Source: Deltaproteobacteria bacterium (lineage in GTDB: Bacteria; Desulfobacterota; Desulfobacteria; Desulfobacterales; UBA2156). Taken from it: a stretch of 64,000 nt of DNA. The stretch covers positions 2,328-66,327 of the forward strand of contig JAFDGC010000002.1 of NCBI GenBank assembly GCA_019309485.1, given 5' to 3'. The translations under genes were made by a program, and so were the position numbers. This document shows positions 29,754-38,538 of this stretch, piece by piece (within the stretch, counting starts at the first letter, position 1; each line of letters opens with the position of its first letter). The notes below the pieces were generated by a model, which was not told the origin of the DNA, did no database searches, and worked only from the letters and a program-made list of their open reading frames with translations.

Positions 29754-31832
29754 ATGTTGGATGCACTGTTTCGACCCAAGGCGGTGGCCGTCATCGGCGC
29801 ATCGAGTAAGGAGTTATCCATCGGAAACCGAATCATCAAGAACTTGATGGACTTCGGATTCAAAGGCGCTGTATACCCCATCAACCCCAAGGCCGATGAA
29901 ATCCGGGGCCTCAAGGCCTATCCATCCATTCTCGAGTGTCCAGGGGAGGTGGATGTGGTGCATATGGTGATACCGGCCAAGTTCGTCCCCCAGGCCGTGG
30001 AAGACTGCGGGAAGAAAGGGGTCAAGCATATCATCATCAATTCCGGAGGTTTTTCCGAGACCGGACCGGAAGGGGCGGCCATCGAAAAGGATTTCCTGGA
30101 ACGGGCCAAAACATACGGCATCCGGATCTTCGGACCCAACTGCCAGGGCATCATCAACTCGGATCCGGAAATCCGGGCCTACTGCAATTTCACCTTCACC
30201 ATGCCCAATCCGGGATACATTTCCATCGTGGCCTTGAGCGGCGGGGTGGCCGAGGTCATTCATCAAGGGTTTTCCGAAATGGGGGTCGGGACCCGGATTT
30301 ATGCCTCCAACGGGAACGCCTGCGACGTCACCATCCCGGAGATCATCCAATACCTGGGCCAGGATTCAGGGACGCGGGTCATCGTGACTTATGTGGAGGG
30401 CCTGCGGGACCCGGCCAATTTCATGCAGACGGTCCGGGAGGTGGCGGCGAAAAAACCGATTCTGGCCATGAAGGCCGGGCGGACCAAGGAAGGCGCCAAG
30501 GCCGCAGCCTCCCACACCGGCGGGATGGCCAAGGAAGACATGGCCACGGACCTGATTTTTAAAAAGGCGGGGGTCGTGGATTTCCGGGACGAAGGGGAAC
30601 TGATCCAGGCCGCCGTGGCCTTTGCTTCCCAACCCATTCCCAGGGGCAACCGGGTGGGGATCATTACCAACACCGGGGGCCCGGCGGTCATCGCCACGGA
30701 CGTCCTCGTGGGCGCCGGCCTGACGCTGCCCCCCCTTTCCGAAAAGACGGCCGCTTTCCTCAAGGAAAGGCTGTATCCCGAGGCTTCCGTGGGGAACCCC
30801 GTGGATGTGTTGGCCACCGGTACCGCGGCCCATTACCGGGCATGCATGGACGCCATGATGGAAGACGACGCCTTTGATTGCGTCTTTGTCAATTTTGTCA
30901 CCCCGTTTTTCGTGGATAACGAAAGCATCGCCAAGGAAATCGTGGCGGTGAGTCAACAACAGAAAAAACCCATTGTCTGCAACCTCATGACGGACCGCCG
31001 GCAGTGGACGGACGTAGTCCGGATTCTGCAGGAAGGCGGCGTTCCCTGCTTTTCCCTGCCGGGGGCGGCGGCCCGGGCCATGGCGGCCCTGGTGCGCTAC
31101 CATGCCATCCGGAACCGGGAACCCGGGGAAGTGCCGCCTTTCGTCGATGTGGACGCCAGGACCGCCCGCGAAGTCCTGAAAAAAGCGGCGGGGACCGAAG
31201 GCTTTTTGGCATCCGAGGCCGTTTGCGAGATCTTGGGCGCATACCGGATCCCCGTGGCGCCGTGGCGCGTGGCGGCGGATGCCCAGGCGGCGGTGAAGGC
31301 TGCCGACGCAATCGGCTACCCGGTGGTGGTTAAGGCGGAAGCCCCTTCCATCATCCACAAGAGCGACATGGGGGGTGTTGCCCTGGATCTGGGCGACGCC
31401 GAATCCGTCCGGTCCGCCGTGGAAGGGATGCAACGCCGCCTGCAGGCGGAAAATCTGCGCTTTTTCGTCCAAAAATACCTGCCCAAAGGCCTGGAGGTCA
31501 TCCTGGGCGCCAAGGCGGAAGAGGGCTTGGGACACATCGTCATGTTCGGGCTGGGCGGCATCTATGTGGAAATCATGAAGGATGTGGTCTTCAACCTGAC
31601 GCCGGTCACGACGGCGGAGGCCGGGGAGATGCTTTCCGGCATCAAGGGCAAGGCCCTGCTGGAAGGGGTACGGGGTCAGGCGGGCGTGGATCAAAAAGCC
31701 CTTCAAGATTTAATCCTCCGGGTTTCGAAGCTCGTCTCGGACCTGCCCGAGATCGAAGAGATGGACTTGAATCCCGTCATCGCTTATGAAACCGGAGCGT
31801 TCGTCGCCGATGCACGGATCCGCATAAAGTAA
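29754..31832 (+). CDS. ADP-forming acyl-CoA synthetase, fused alpha-beta (second paralog)
   Basis: MLDALFRPKAVAVIGAS...; ATP-grasp GYPVVVKAEAPSIIHKSDMGGV; GGAGG RBS before ATG 29754. The ORF extension to 29346 overlaps the upstream gene. Confidence 0.85.
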   Translation: MLDALFRPKAVAVIGASSKELSIGNRIIKNLMDFGFKGAVYPINPKADEIRGLKAYPSILECPGEVDVVHMVIPAKFVPQAVEDCGKKGVKHIIINSGGFSETGPEGAAIEKDFLERAKTYGIRIFGPNCQGIINSDPEIRAYCNFTFTMPNPGYISIVALSGGVAEVIHQGFSEMGVGTRIYASNGNACDVTIPEIIQYLGQDSGTRVIVTYVEGLRDPANFMQTVREVAAKKPILAMKAGRTKEGAKAAASHTGGMAKEDMATDLIFKKAGVVDFRDEGELIQAAVAFASQPIPRGNRVGIITNTGGPAVIATDVLVGAGLTLPPLSEKTAAFLKERLYPEASVGNPVDVLATGTAAHYRACMDAMMEDDAFDCVFVNFVTPFFVDNESIAKEIVAVSQQQKKPIVCNLMTDRRQWTDVVRILQEGGVPCFSLPGAAARAMAALVRYHAIRNREPGEVPPFVDVDARTAREVLKKAAGTEGFLASEAVCEILGAYRIPVAPWRVAADAQAAVKAADAIGYPVVVKAEAPSIIHKSDMGGVALDLGDAESVRSAVEGMQRRLQAENLRFFVQKYLPKGLEVILGAKAEEGLGHIVMFGLGGIYVEIMKDVVFNLTPVTTAEAGEMLSGIKGKALLEGVRGQAGVDQKALQDLILRVSKLVSDLPEIEEMDLNPVIAYETGAFVADARIRIK

Positions 31833-31845
31833 AAGGAGATCGGAA

Positions 31846-33405
31846 ATGGCTTCCTGGATGAATCTGGGACAGAATCTCAAAGTCAACGCCAAAAAATTTC
31901 CGAATACCGTCGCCCTCAAAGACGCCCGCCGGAGTTTCACCTATCCCATGGTCAACCGCCGGGTGAACCGGCTGGCCCACAGCCTGCTTTCCATGGGATT
32001 GACAAAAGGCGACAAAGCGGCGGTTTTGATGGAAAACAGCATTGAAATCGTGGAGATGTACCTGGCCTGCGCCAAGACCGGGATTATCATCGTTCCGATC
32101 AATTTTCGACTGGTGAGCCAGGAAGTGGCCTACATCCTGGAAAATTCGGACGCCAAGGCCCTCATCGTGCACGATCAGTTCGTCGACATCGTGGCGCCCC
32201 TCCGGGCGGACTTGACGGCGATATTGCCGGAGCGCTACGTGGTGGTGGGAGAGGAAAAAGAGGGGTACCTTTCTTACGAAACGTGGATCGCCGACGCTCC
32301 CGAGACCGAGCCGGACGTTCGCGTGGACCCGGAAGACACCTGGATCCTCATTTATACGTCGGGCACCACGGGAAGACCCAAAGGGGTGTTGCGCTCCCAC
32401 CGGTCCCACATCGCCTTTTATCTCATTAACGGCATTGATTTCGGGTTTTCCCAGCACGACATCTGTCTCAACGTCATGCCCTTGTGTCACATCAACTCCA
32501 CCTACTTCACCTTCACCTTCACCTATATCGGCGCCACGGTCTATATCCACCCGGCCCAGTCCTTCAGGGCCGAGGAGATCCTGGAGATCATCGAACGGGA
32601 AAAAATCACCTTCATTTCTTTGATTCCCACTCATTACAACCTCATTTTGAACGTTTCCGAGGAAGCCAAAAAACGGGATGTGACTTCCATCCGAAAGCTG
32701 TTATGCTCTTCGGCGCCGGTGAGAAAGAGCATGAAATTGGCCATCATGGACTTTTTCCCCGGGGTGGAGTTGTATGAAGGATACGGCTCAACGGAAGCGG
32801 GGATCGTCACCGTCCTCAAGCCGGAAGACCAGATGCGCAAACTCGGATCCATCGGATATGAGTCCCTGGGAACCGACTTCGTCAAGATCCTGGATGATCA
32901 CGGGAATGAAGTCCCCGTGGGCCAGGTGGGGGAGCTTTATTCAAAGGGCCCCATGCTTTTCGACGGATACTACAAGCTCCATGAAAAGACCGCCGCATCT
33001 TTTCACGGAGAATGGTTTTCTGCCGGGGACATGGCGCGAAAGGATGCCGACGGATACTACGAGATTGTGGACCGGAAAGACAACATGATTATCACGGGTG
33101 GAGAACATGTCTATCCCAGCGAGGTGGAGGAGGTGGTGGGGAGCCACGAGTGTGTTTTCGATTGCGCCTGTATCGGGCTTCCGGATGAAAAGTGGGGCGA
33201 AAAGGTGGTGGCAGTGGTGGTCCCTAAACCCGGGGTTGGACCCGGCCGGATCGACGAACAGACCCTCATCGATTGCTGCAAGGACAAAATGGCGGGGTAC
33301 AAACGGCCCAAGCAGGTGATCTTCATCAAGCCTGAAGACATGCCCAGAACCCCCACGGGGAAGATTCTGCACCGCAAGTTAAAGGAAAAATTGACCCAGG
33401 GATGA
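31846..33405 (+). CDS. AMP-forming acyl-CoA ligase (ANL superfamily)
   Basis: IYTSGTTGRPKGV (A3), YGSTEAG (A5), GDMARKDADGYYEIVDRKD (A8), PRTPTGKILHRKL (A10). Confidence 0.87.
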   Translation: MASWMNLGQNLKVNAKKFPNTVALKDARRSFTYPMVNRRVNRLAHSLLSMGLTKGDKAAVLMENSIEIVEMYLACAKTGIIIVPINFRLVSQEVAYILENSDAKALIVHDQFVDIVAPLRADLTAILPERYVVVGEEKEGYLSYETWIADAPETEPDVRVDPEDTWILIYTSGTTGRPKGVLRSHRSHIAFYLINGIDFGFSQHDICLNVMPLCHINSTYFTFTFTYIGATVYIHPAQSFRAEEILEIIEREKITFISLIPTHYNLILNVSEEAKKRDVTSIRKLLCSSAPVRKSMKLAIMDFFPGVELYEGYGSTEAGIVTVLKPEDQMRKLGSIGYESLGTDFVKILDDHGNEVPVGQVGELYSKGPMLFDGYYKLHEKTAASFHGEWFSAGDMARKDADGYYEIVDRKDNMIITGGEHVYPSEVEEVVGSHECVFDCACIGLPDEKWGEKVVAVVVPKPGVGPGRIDEQTLIDCCKDKMAGYKRPKQVIFIKPEDMPRTPTGKILHRKLKEKLTQG

Positions 33406-33454
33406 CCGGGAATCCGGCGCCCGTCGAATCCATTTGAAACGAGGAGGACCGTTC

Positions 33455-34645
33455 ATGTTAAAGAAAGCATTTATTCCGTATCGGGGCTACTATTCAACGC
33501 CGTTCATCCGCTGGCAGGGGAGCCTGGCCAATGAAAACGCCATCTCCTTCGGCGCCGAAACCTCTAAAAGATGGCTGGCGTCCAAAAGCTGGGATCCGAA
33601 GATATTCGACTATGTCTTTTTGGGGTTGACGGTGGGCCAGCCCAAGATGTTTTACGGCGGCCCCTGGGCTTCGGCGCTTCTGGGAGCCGAGGAGACTCCG
33701 GGAATGCTTGTCAGCCAGGCCTGTTCCACCTCCACCACCTGTATTTTTCAGGCCGCCGTCGGCGTGGAAACCGGGCTCTATCAAAACGCCTATGCCCTTA
33801 TGACGGACCGCTGCTCCAACGGTCCCCACACGGTGTGGCCGAACCCCACCGGGCCTGGCGGACAGGTCATATCCGAAGACTGGGTCATGGATCATTTCGG
33901 ATTCGATCCCTGGGGTGGCACCTCCATGATCCAGACCGCAGAAAATGTGGTAAAGGAAACCGGAATCACCCGGGAGCAGTGCGATGCCCTTGCCCTGCGG
34001 CGCTACGAGCAATACAAAGACGCTCTGGAGGATGGCCGGGCCTTCCAGAAACGCTACATGTTCCCGGTGGAGGTGAGGATCTCCAAAAAGAAAACCCTTA
34101 CAATAGAAGCCGATGAAGGGGTCATTGAAACCACAGCCGAGGGACTGGCGGCCCTGAAGCCCGTGCTACCGGGGGGCGCCCACACCTTCGGCGCCCAGAC
34201 GCACCCGGCGGACGGTCACTGCGCCGTCATTGTTACCGGCTACGAGAAAGCCCAGGAACTCAGCGCGGACAAATCCATTAACATTCAGGTCGTCTCCTAC
34301 GGCTACGCACGGGCCAAGAAAGCCCACATGGCCATGGCGGTGCTTCCGGCCGCCAAAATGGCACTCGATAACGCCGGGCTTTCCATCGGCGACATCAAGG
34401 TCCTCAAGACTCATAATCCTTTTGCGGCCAACGATATTTATCTTGCCGATCAGATGGGGATCGACGTCAACGGATTCAACAACTACGGAAGTTCCCTGGT
34501 ATATGGTCATCCCCAGGCGCCCACGGCGGGGCGTTTGATCATCGAAGGCATCGAGGAAGCGGTCCTTTTGGGCGGCGGCTACGTTCTTTTTACCGGTTGC
34601 GCGGCGGGTGACACCGGCGCCGCGATGGTGTTGAAGGTGGAATAA
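33455..34645 (+). CDS. thiolase-family acetyl-CoA C-acyltransferase-like protein
   Basis: Catalytic triad contexts SQACSTS, HNPFA and GCAAGD; GAGGAGG RBS before ATG 33455. Confidence 0.83.
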   Translation: MLKKAFIPYRGYYSTPFIRWQGSLANENAISFGAETSKRWLASKSWDPKIFDYVFLGLTVGQPKMFYGGPWASALLGAEETPGMLVSQACSTSTTCIFQAAVGVETGLYQNAYALMTDRCSNGPHTVWPNPTGPGGQVISEDWVMDHFGFDPWGGTSMIQTAENVVKETGITREQCDALALRRYEQYKDALEDGRAFQKRYMFPVEVRISKKKTLTIEADEGVIETTAEGLAALKPVLPGGAHTFGAQTHPADGHCAVIVTGYEKAQELSADKSINIQVVSYGYARAKKAHMAMAVLPAAKMALDNAGLSIGDIKVLKTHNPFAANDIYLADQMGIDVNGFNNYGSSLVYGHPQAPTAGRLIIEGIEEAVLLGGGYVLFTGCAAGDTGAAMVLKVE

Positions 34646-34705
34646 CTCCATCAACGGAAAGGAAAACATCACCGATCCGGAGAGCCCCTCCCGTCAACAC
34701 CGGCA

Positions 34706-34885
34706 TTCATTCTTTCTGGTGGAGACCCGAACGCCGGGGTACAAGGCCATGAAGCTCCACGGAAAGACGGGGATCCGGGCTTCGGACACGGCCGAGGTGG
34801 TCTTCAAGGACGTCCGGGTTCCGGCGGAAAACCGGGCGGGGAGACAGGGGGAAGGCTTTCACCAGCTCATGGCCTTTTTCAATTA
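34706..34885 (+). pseudogene. acyl-CoA dehydrogenase remnant (middle-domain fragment only)
   Basis: SFFLVETRTPGYKAMKLHGKTGIRASDTAEVVFKDVRVPAENRAGRQGEGFHQLMAFFN* matches the ACAD beta-barrel domain; no start codon; the N- and C-terminal domains are absent. Confidence 0.75.
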
Positions 34886-34962
34886 AACCTTCGTCGGCAC
34901 ACCGGGTCCAAAACGGGTTGATCCGGAGTTTTAAAACCGAGCTTCAATTCACGGCCTTTGCA

Positions 34963-35925
34963 TCAGACGGCTTCCATGGTGGACGGAGGCTTTGGGGCGA
35001 TGTGGTATGTGACGCTCACAATTCCCGGGACGACGGTGATGAGCTCGCCGGCAAGTTTTTCCAGGAGGTCAAAAGACAGTCGGGTAGGTGCGGCGGTCCG
35101 GGCATCAATGCTGTCCCAGCACCGCACTTCGATCTGCTGGCCGAATTCGCGCTTGCCCCTGCGCATCCCCGTGACACGATCTTCATGAAGGATGGCCATG
35201 TATTGGAAAGCACCCGTGTCCTTAAGGAGATTCTCGATGACCGCGGTGGCCTGCCGCACCGTTTCAATCCGTTCCGGGGTGGCTTCTCCGATGACGCGTG
35301 CGGCGAGAGCCGGTCCGGGGAAAGGGATACGCGTAAAAATTTCTTCGGGCAGCCCCAATACTTTACCGATTTTTCGCACCCCGTCTTTTCGAAGCTGGAT
35401 CAACGGTTCCAGGATTCGGTAACCAAAGGCCTCCTGGGGATCGATGCCGAGCTGTTCGAACACGTTGTGCTGGCGCTTGATTCCGGCAACGGTTTCATCC
35501 ACATCCGTCAGGATGGTCCCTTGCAGTAAATATTTTGCACGGCTTTCTTTGACGATGCGGCCGAAAACGGTTTTATAAAACGTCTGGGTAACGGCTTCGC
35601 GCTTTTCTTCCGGATCCCGGATTCCCTTCAGTGCCGCAAAAAACGCTTCTTTTGCATCGATCACGTCAACGGAGACGCCGAGTTTTTTGAAAAGACTCAC
35701 CACTTGTTCCGACTCTTTTTCTCGCATGATTCCGTTTTCGATAAAAACCGTTTTCAACCGGTCTCCCAGGGCCCGGTGCCCGAGCATCGTGACGGTGGAA
35801 GAATCGACCCCGCCGGAGAGGGCATTGATGGCGGTTTCATCTCCGACGGTATCGACGATCTCTTTGACTTTTTCTTCAATGAAATGATCGGGATCAAGAT
35901 TTTCAGCGGTAATTTCCTGAATCAT
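34963..35925 (-). CDS. GMP synthase ATP-pyrophosphatase subunit-like (GuaA C-terminal / subunit B type)
   Basis: PP-loop SGGVDSS; PFPGPALAARVIGE and a dimerisation-domain-like C-terminus; no glutamine amidotransferase domain. Confidence 0.75.
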   Translation of the reverse strand: MIQEITAENLDPDHFIEEKVKEIVDTVGDETAINALSGGVDSSTVTMLGHRALGDRLKTVFIENGIMREKESEQVVSLFKKLGVSVDVIDAKEAFFAALKGIRDPEEKREAVTQTFYKTVFGRIVKESRAKYLLQGTILTDVDETVAGIKRQHNVFEQLGIDPQEAFGYRILEPLIQLRKDGVRKIGKVLGLPEEIFTRIPFPGPALAARVIGEATPERIETVRQATAVIENLLKDTGAFQYMAILHEDRVTGMRRGKREFGQQIEVRCWDSIDARTAAPTRLSFDLLEKLAGELITVVPGIVSVTYHIAPKPPSTMEAV

Positions 35926-36071
35926 AAATTAATCTCCTATGCTTTTTTCTGATTTACCGATATCCATGCGGAATACCGGTCTGTTCAAGCCCAAACGGGT
36001 GATGGGACGGCACCACGGGTTTTCCTGGGGGTCTAAAAGGGCCAAAAGGCGGCGTCATTCCATATCCTTTC

Positions 36072-36525
36072 CTAGGGTTCCTGATCGATCTTGGAAAGTA
36101 TTTCAAGATGCAAGGCTTCCCACTCTGTCAGGCCCTGATACACTGCTTTTTCGGTTTTGTCCCTGGATTTTAGGGCCCGGTCGCGGTAGAGCCGGAGGGT
36201 GGCTTCCTCCATGGACATGGCGGCGGCCTCGAAGGATGCGGCATCGATTTTTTGGGAAAGGGCCCGGGTAAACACCTCGGATGCGATCTTGCCGCCCGAT
36301 TTTCCGGAAAAACAGGCGGAATCGAATGCCCCCCGGCGCTGATACGCCTTGAATTGTTCGGACAGCATATCAATATGGCGCGCTTCCTCTTGGGCCATCA
36401 TCTGAAAAAAACGCCTTGACGGGTTTATTCGACGCGGCCTTGCCGACTTTTTCATAAAACGCTTTTCCGCGTTTTTCCAAAGGAATGGCGTTTTTAAAAA
36501 TGGTCAGCGCTTTGTTTTCTTTCAT
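36072..36525 (-). pseudogene. ferritin-like/rubrerythrin-family gene split by a frameshift in an A7/T7 run
   Basis: The N-terminal frame (ATG 36525, GGAGG RBS) reads MKENKALTIFKNAIPLEKRGKAFYEKVGKAASNKPVKAFF. After the run at 36405-36411 the ORF 36072..36455 continues QMMAQEEARHIDML. Removing one T restores a continuous E..ExxH ferritin-like protein of about 150 aa. Confidence 0.7.
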
Positions 36526-36650
36526 GGTCGGCCTCCGACTTGGGTATTAAATCCATTCCGCAGGAATACTGCGGATCGGTCCCGGACTCAAGCTCGAATC
36601 AAAAAAGATATTTTTTCTATCCGGGAGCGACGCCTCTTAGGTGCGAGCAT

Positions 36651-37493
36651 TCAGGTGCCTGTTGTGATGATGACGATCCCCCCCGCCACCATCGCCGCAG
36701 CGGCGATCCGTGTCTGCCACGGCCGCTCCCCGAAAGCAACGGTACCGATCAATGCGGCCATGATGACGCTCGACTCCCGTAACGCCGAGACCGCGGACAG
36801 CGGGGCAACGTTGGCGGCATAAATGACGATACCGTAGGCGAGAACGGAACTGAAGGCGGTGCCGGTGATACTCTCCCAGTGGGCCCGCCAAGCGGCAATC
36901 AAGCGTCCCCTTCGGCGCAGGAGTGCGAAAACCACCACGGGCCATTCGAAGAAAAAAAGCCAAGCGATAAATCCGAAGGGGCTCCCGGACAAACGCACCC
37001 CGATGCCGTCCGACACCGAATATCCGGCGATGACCGCCCCGGTTCCTGCTGCGTATAAGACGGCAACTTTGTTGAATGTTGCATGGCCCCTTTGCGTCCA
37101 TGAAGTCCCGGCGATACCCGTGGAAGCCAAAACCACCCCGAAAAGGGCGGCGGGGGGCAGGATTTCACCGCCGAAAACGGCGGCACCCCCGGCGACCAGT
37201 ATGGGAGCAACACCGCGGGCAATCGGGTATACTTGGCTTAAATCTCCGAAGCGGTAGGCGTGAAACAAAAAGAAATAATAAAGATAGTGAAACAGGCAGG
37301 AGACGGCGATGGCCGGCCAGCTGGAAGGATCCGGCGGTTTGGTAAAAAAGACCAGGAAGCTGCCGACGATGAACTGTCCCAGAGCCACGGAGGAAAGAAC
37401 GAGCAGTCTGTCGGATGCCTTCTTTACGAGTGCGTTCCAGGCGGCATGCAGAAAGGCCGCACCCAGCACCATGATCGTGATTTCAATGGGCAA
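36651..37493 (-). CDS. EamA/DMT-family transporter
   Basis: 280 aa, 10 predicted TM, duplicated EamA-like halves. Confidence 0.8.
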   Translation of the reverse strand: MPIEITIMVLGAAFLHAAWNALVKKASDRLLVLSSVALGQFIVGSFLVFFTKPPDPSSWPAIAVSCLFHYLYYFFLFHAYRFGDLSQVYPIARGVAPILVAGGAAVFGGEILPPAALFGVVLASTGIAGTSWTQRGHATFNKVAVLYAAGTGAVIAGYSVSDGIGVRLSGSPFGFIAWLFFFEWPVVVFALLRRRGRLIAAWRAHWESITGTAFSSVLAYGIVIYAANVAPLSAVSALRESSVIMAALIGTVAFGERPWQTRIAAAAMVAGGIVIITTGT

Positions 37494-37600
37494 TTATGGA
37501 ATCCATGATGCTGCAGTGTTCACTCCGGTTAAATACCCTCAACGATTTTATCCTCAAATGGAGCCCAATATTTTTCATCTTGAAAAGATCACAAAGGCAC

Positions 37601-37622
37601 TTGATTTTTATTTATAAATCAA
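37601..37622. promoter_or_regulatory. operator-like palindrome in a divergent AT-rich spacer
   Basis: TTGATTT-N8-AAATCAA, between the EamA start (37493) and the start at 37713. Confidence 0.3.
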
Positions 37623-37712
37623 ACGGATAAAGATTGTACGGGGTCGATTGTGAACATACGGAAAAGAATATACATCAATTGAATCAAAAATCAAAGAACC
37701 CAAAGGAGAGGT

Positions 37713-38099
37713 ATGACATGCGATCAATGCGGACCCCTTATTGCGCAAGGAGAAGAACGGGCCCATTTGGGGCGTACGCTCTGTGAGGACTGTTACATGG
37801 ACGTCCTTTCTCCCCAGCGGGCATGTGACCCCTGGGCGGTCCACAGTGCGAAGAGTTTTGAAAACCACTCGGGGGGTCTCGAGACCCTGACTCTTCTCCA
37901 AAATACGATTCTGCAAATTCTAAGGGAAACCGGAGGGGTGGCTCCATCCACGCTTTTGAAGCGGCTGGACGGCAAGACCACCATGAAAGATTTGGAACGG
38001 GAATTCGCTGTATTGCGTCATATGGAAAAAAAAGGGTGGAGAAACGCTGGGCGGAAGTGGTCTGGCGCCTTTGGGGATAGGGGCATCCCCGTATTATGA
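37713..38099 (+). CDS. hypothetical Zn-ribbon plus winged-helix-like protein
   Basis: N-terminus CDQC...CEDC; central LLQNTILQILRETGGVAPSTLLKRL is wHTH-like; AAAGGAGAGG RBS. The C-terminus after the A8 run looks out-of-frame-like. Confidence 0.5.
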   Translation: MTCDQCGPLIAQGEERAHLGRTLCEDCYMDVLSPQRACDPWAVHSAKSFENHSGGLETLTLLQNTILQILRETGGVAPSTLLKRLDGKTTMKDLEREFAVLRHMEKKGWRNAGRKWSGAFGDRGIPVL

Positions 38100-38113
38100 T
38101 TTTGAAAAGGATC

Positions 38114-38150
38114 CGCCCGGCCCCGGGTTCCCGGATCCGGGCGTTTTCAC
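38114..38150 (+). terminator. GC-rich hairpin plus T-run after the gene at 37713..38099
   Basis: CGCCCGG (38114-20) pairs with CCGGGCG (38137-43); inner CCGGG-TT-CCCGG; then TTTTCAC. Confidence 0.5.
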
Positions 38151-38241
38151 GGGTGCGGCAGCATGTGTGCCCGCGCCGGCAAACGGAAGCAACGGGGAGA
38201 CGAGACGCGCCTTCCCCTGATGCGAACTGTGTTTAAACGCC

Positions 38242-38538
38242 TCAATCGCGCAACCCGTAGCGGAACATTTCATAATGGGTCTTGCCGCCGAGGAGGGCAT
38301 CGATTTTTTCCTGAATCGATTGTCGTTTTTTGCTCAACAACCATTTTTCCCAGGCGTCGGCGGTCTCCCATGTGCTGACGACCAAATAGACGTCCGGCCG
38401 GTCGTTGCTTTTCAGGGTTTCACCGGAAATATACCCCGGCTGAGTCATGGCCAGGGACCGCATTTCCTTGAACAGGTCAAGCATTTCTTGTCTTTTTTCC
38501 GGTGGAACCGTACGCGTAATAAATACCTTGACGCTCAT
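38242..38538 (-). CDS. antibiotic-biosynthesis-monooxygenase (ABM, dimeric alpha-beta barrel) domain protein
   Basis: 98 aa MSVKVFITRTV...GYISGETL...VVSTWETADAWEKW; GGAGGAG RBS before ATG 38538. Confidence 0.7.
   Translation of the reverse strand: MSVKVFITRTVPPEKRQEMLDLFKEMRSLAMTQPGYISGETLKSNDRPDVYLVVSTWETADAWEKWLLSKKRQSIQEKIDALLGGKTHYEMFRYGLRD

Noticed and set aside
34643-34705. The thiolase TAA stop is in frame with the downstream acyl-CoA dehydrogenase fragment, raising the possibility of stop-codon readthrough or a fusion.
   Set aside because: The 20 linking codons (LHQRKGKHHRSGSPSRQHRH) look non-coding. The ACAD piece is only a middle domain. A shared frame occurs by chance one time in three.
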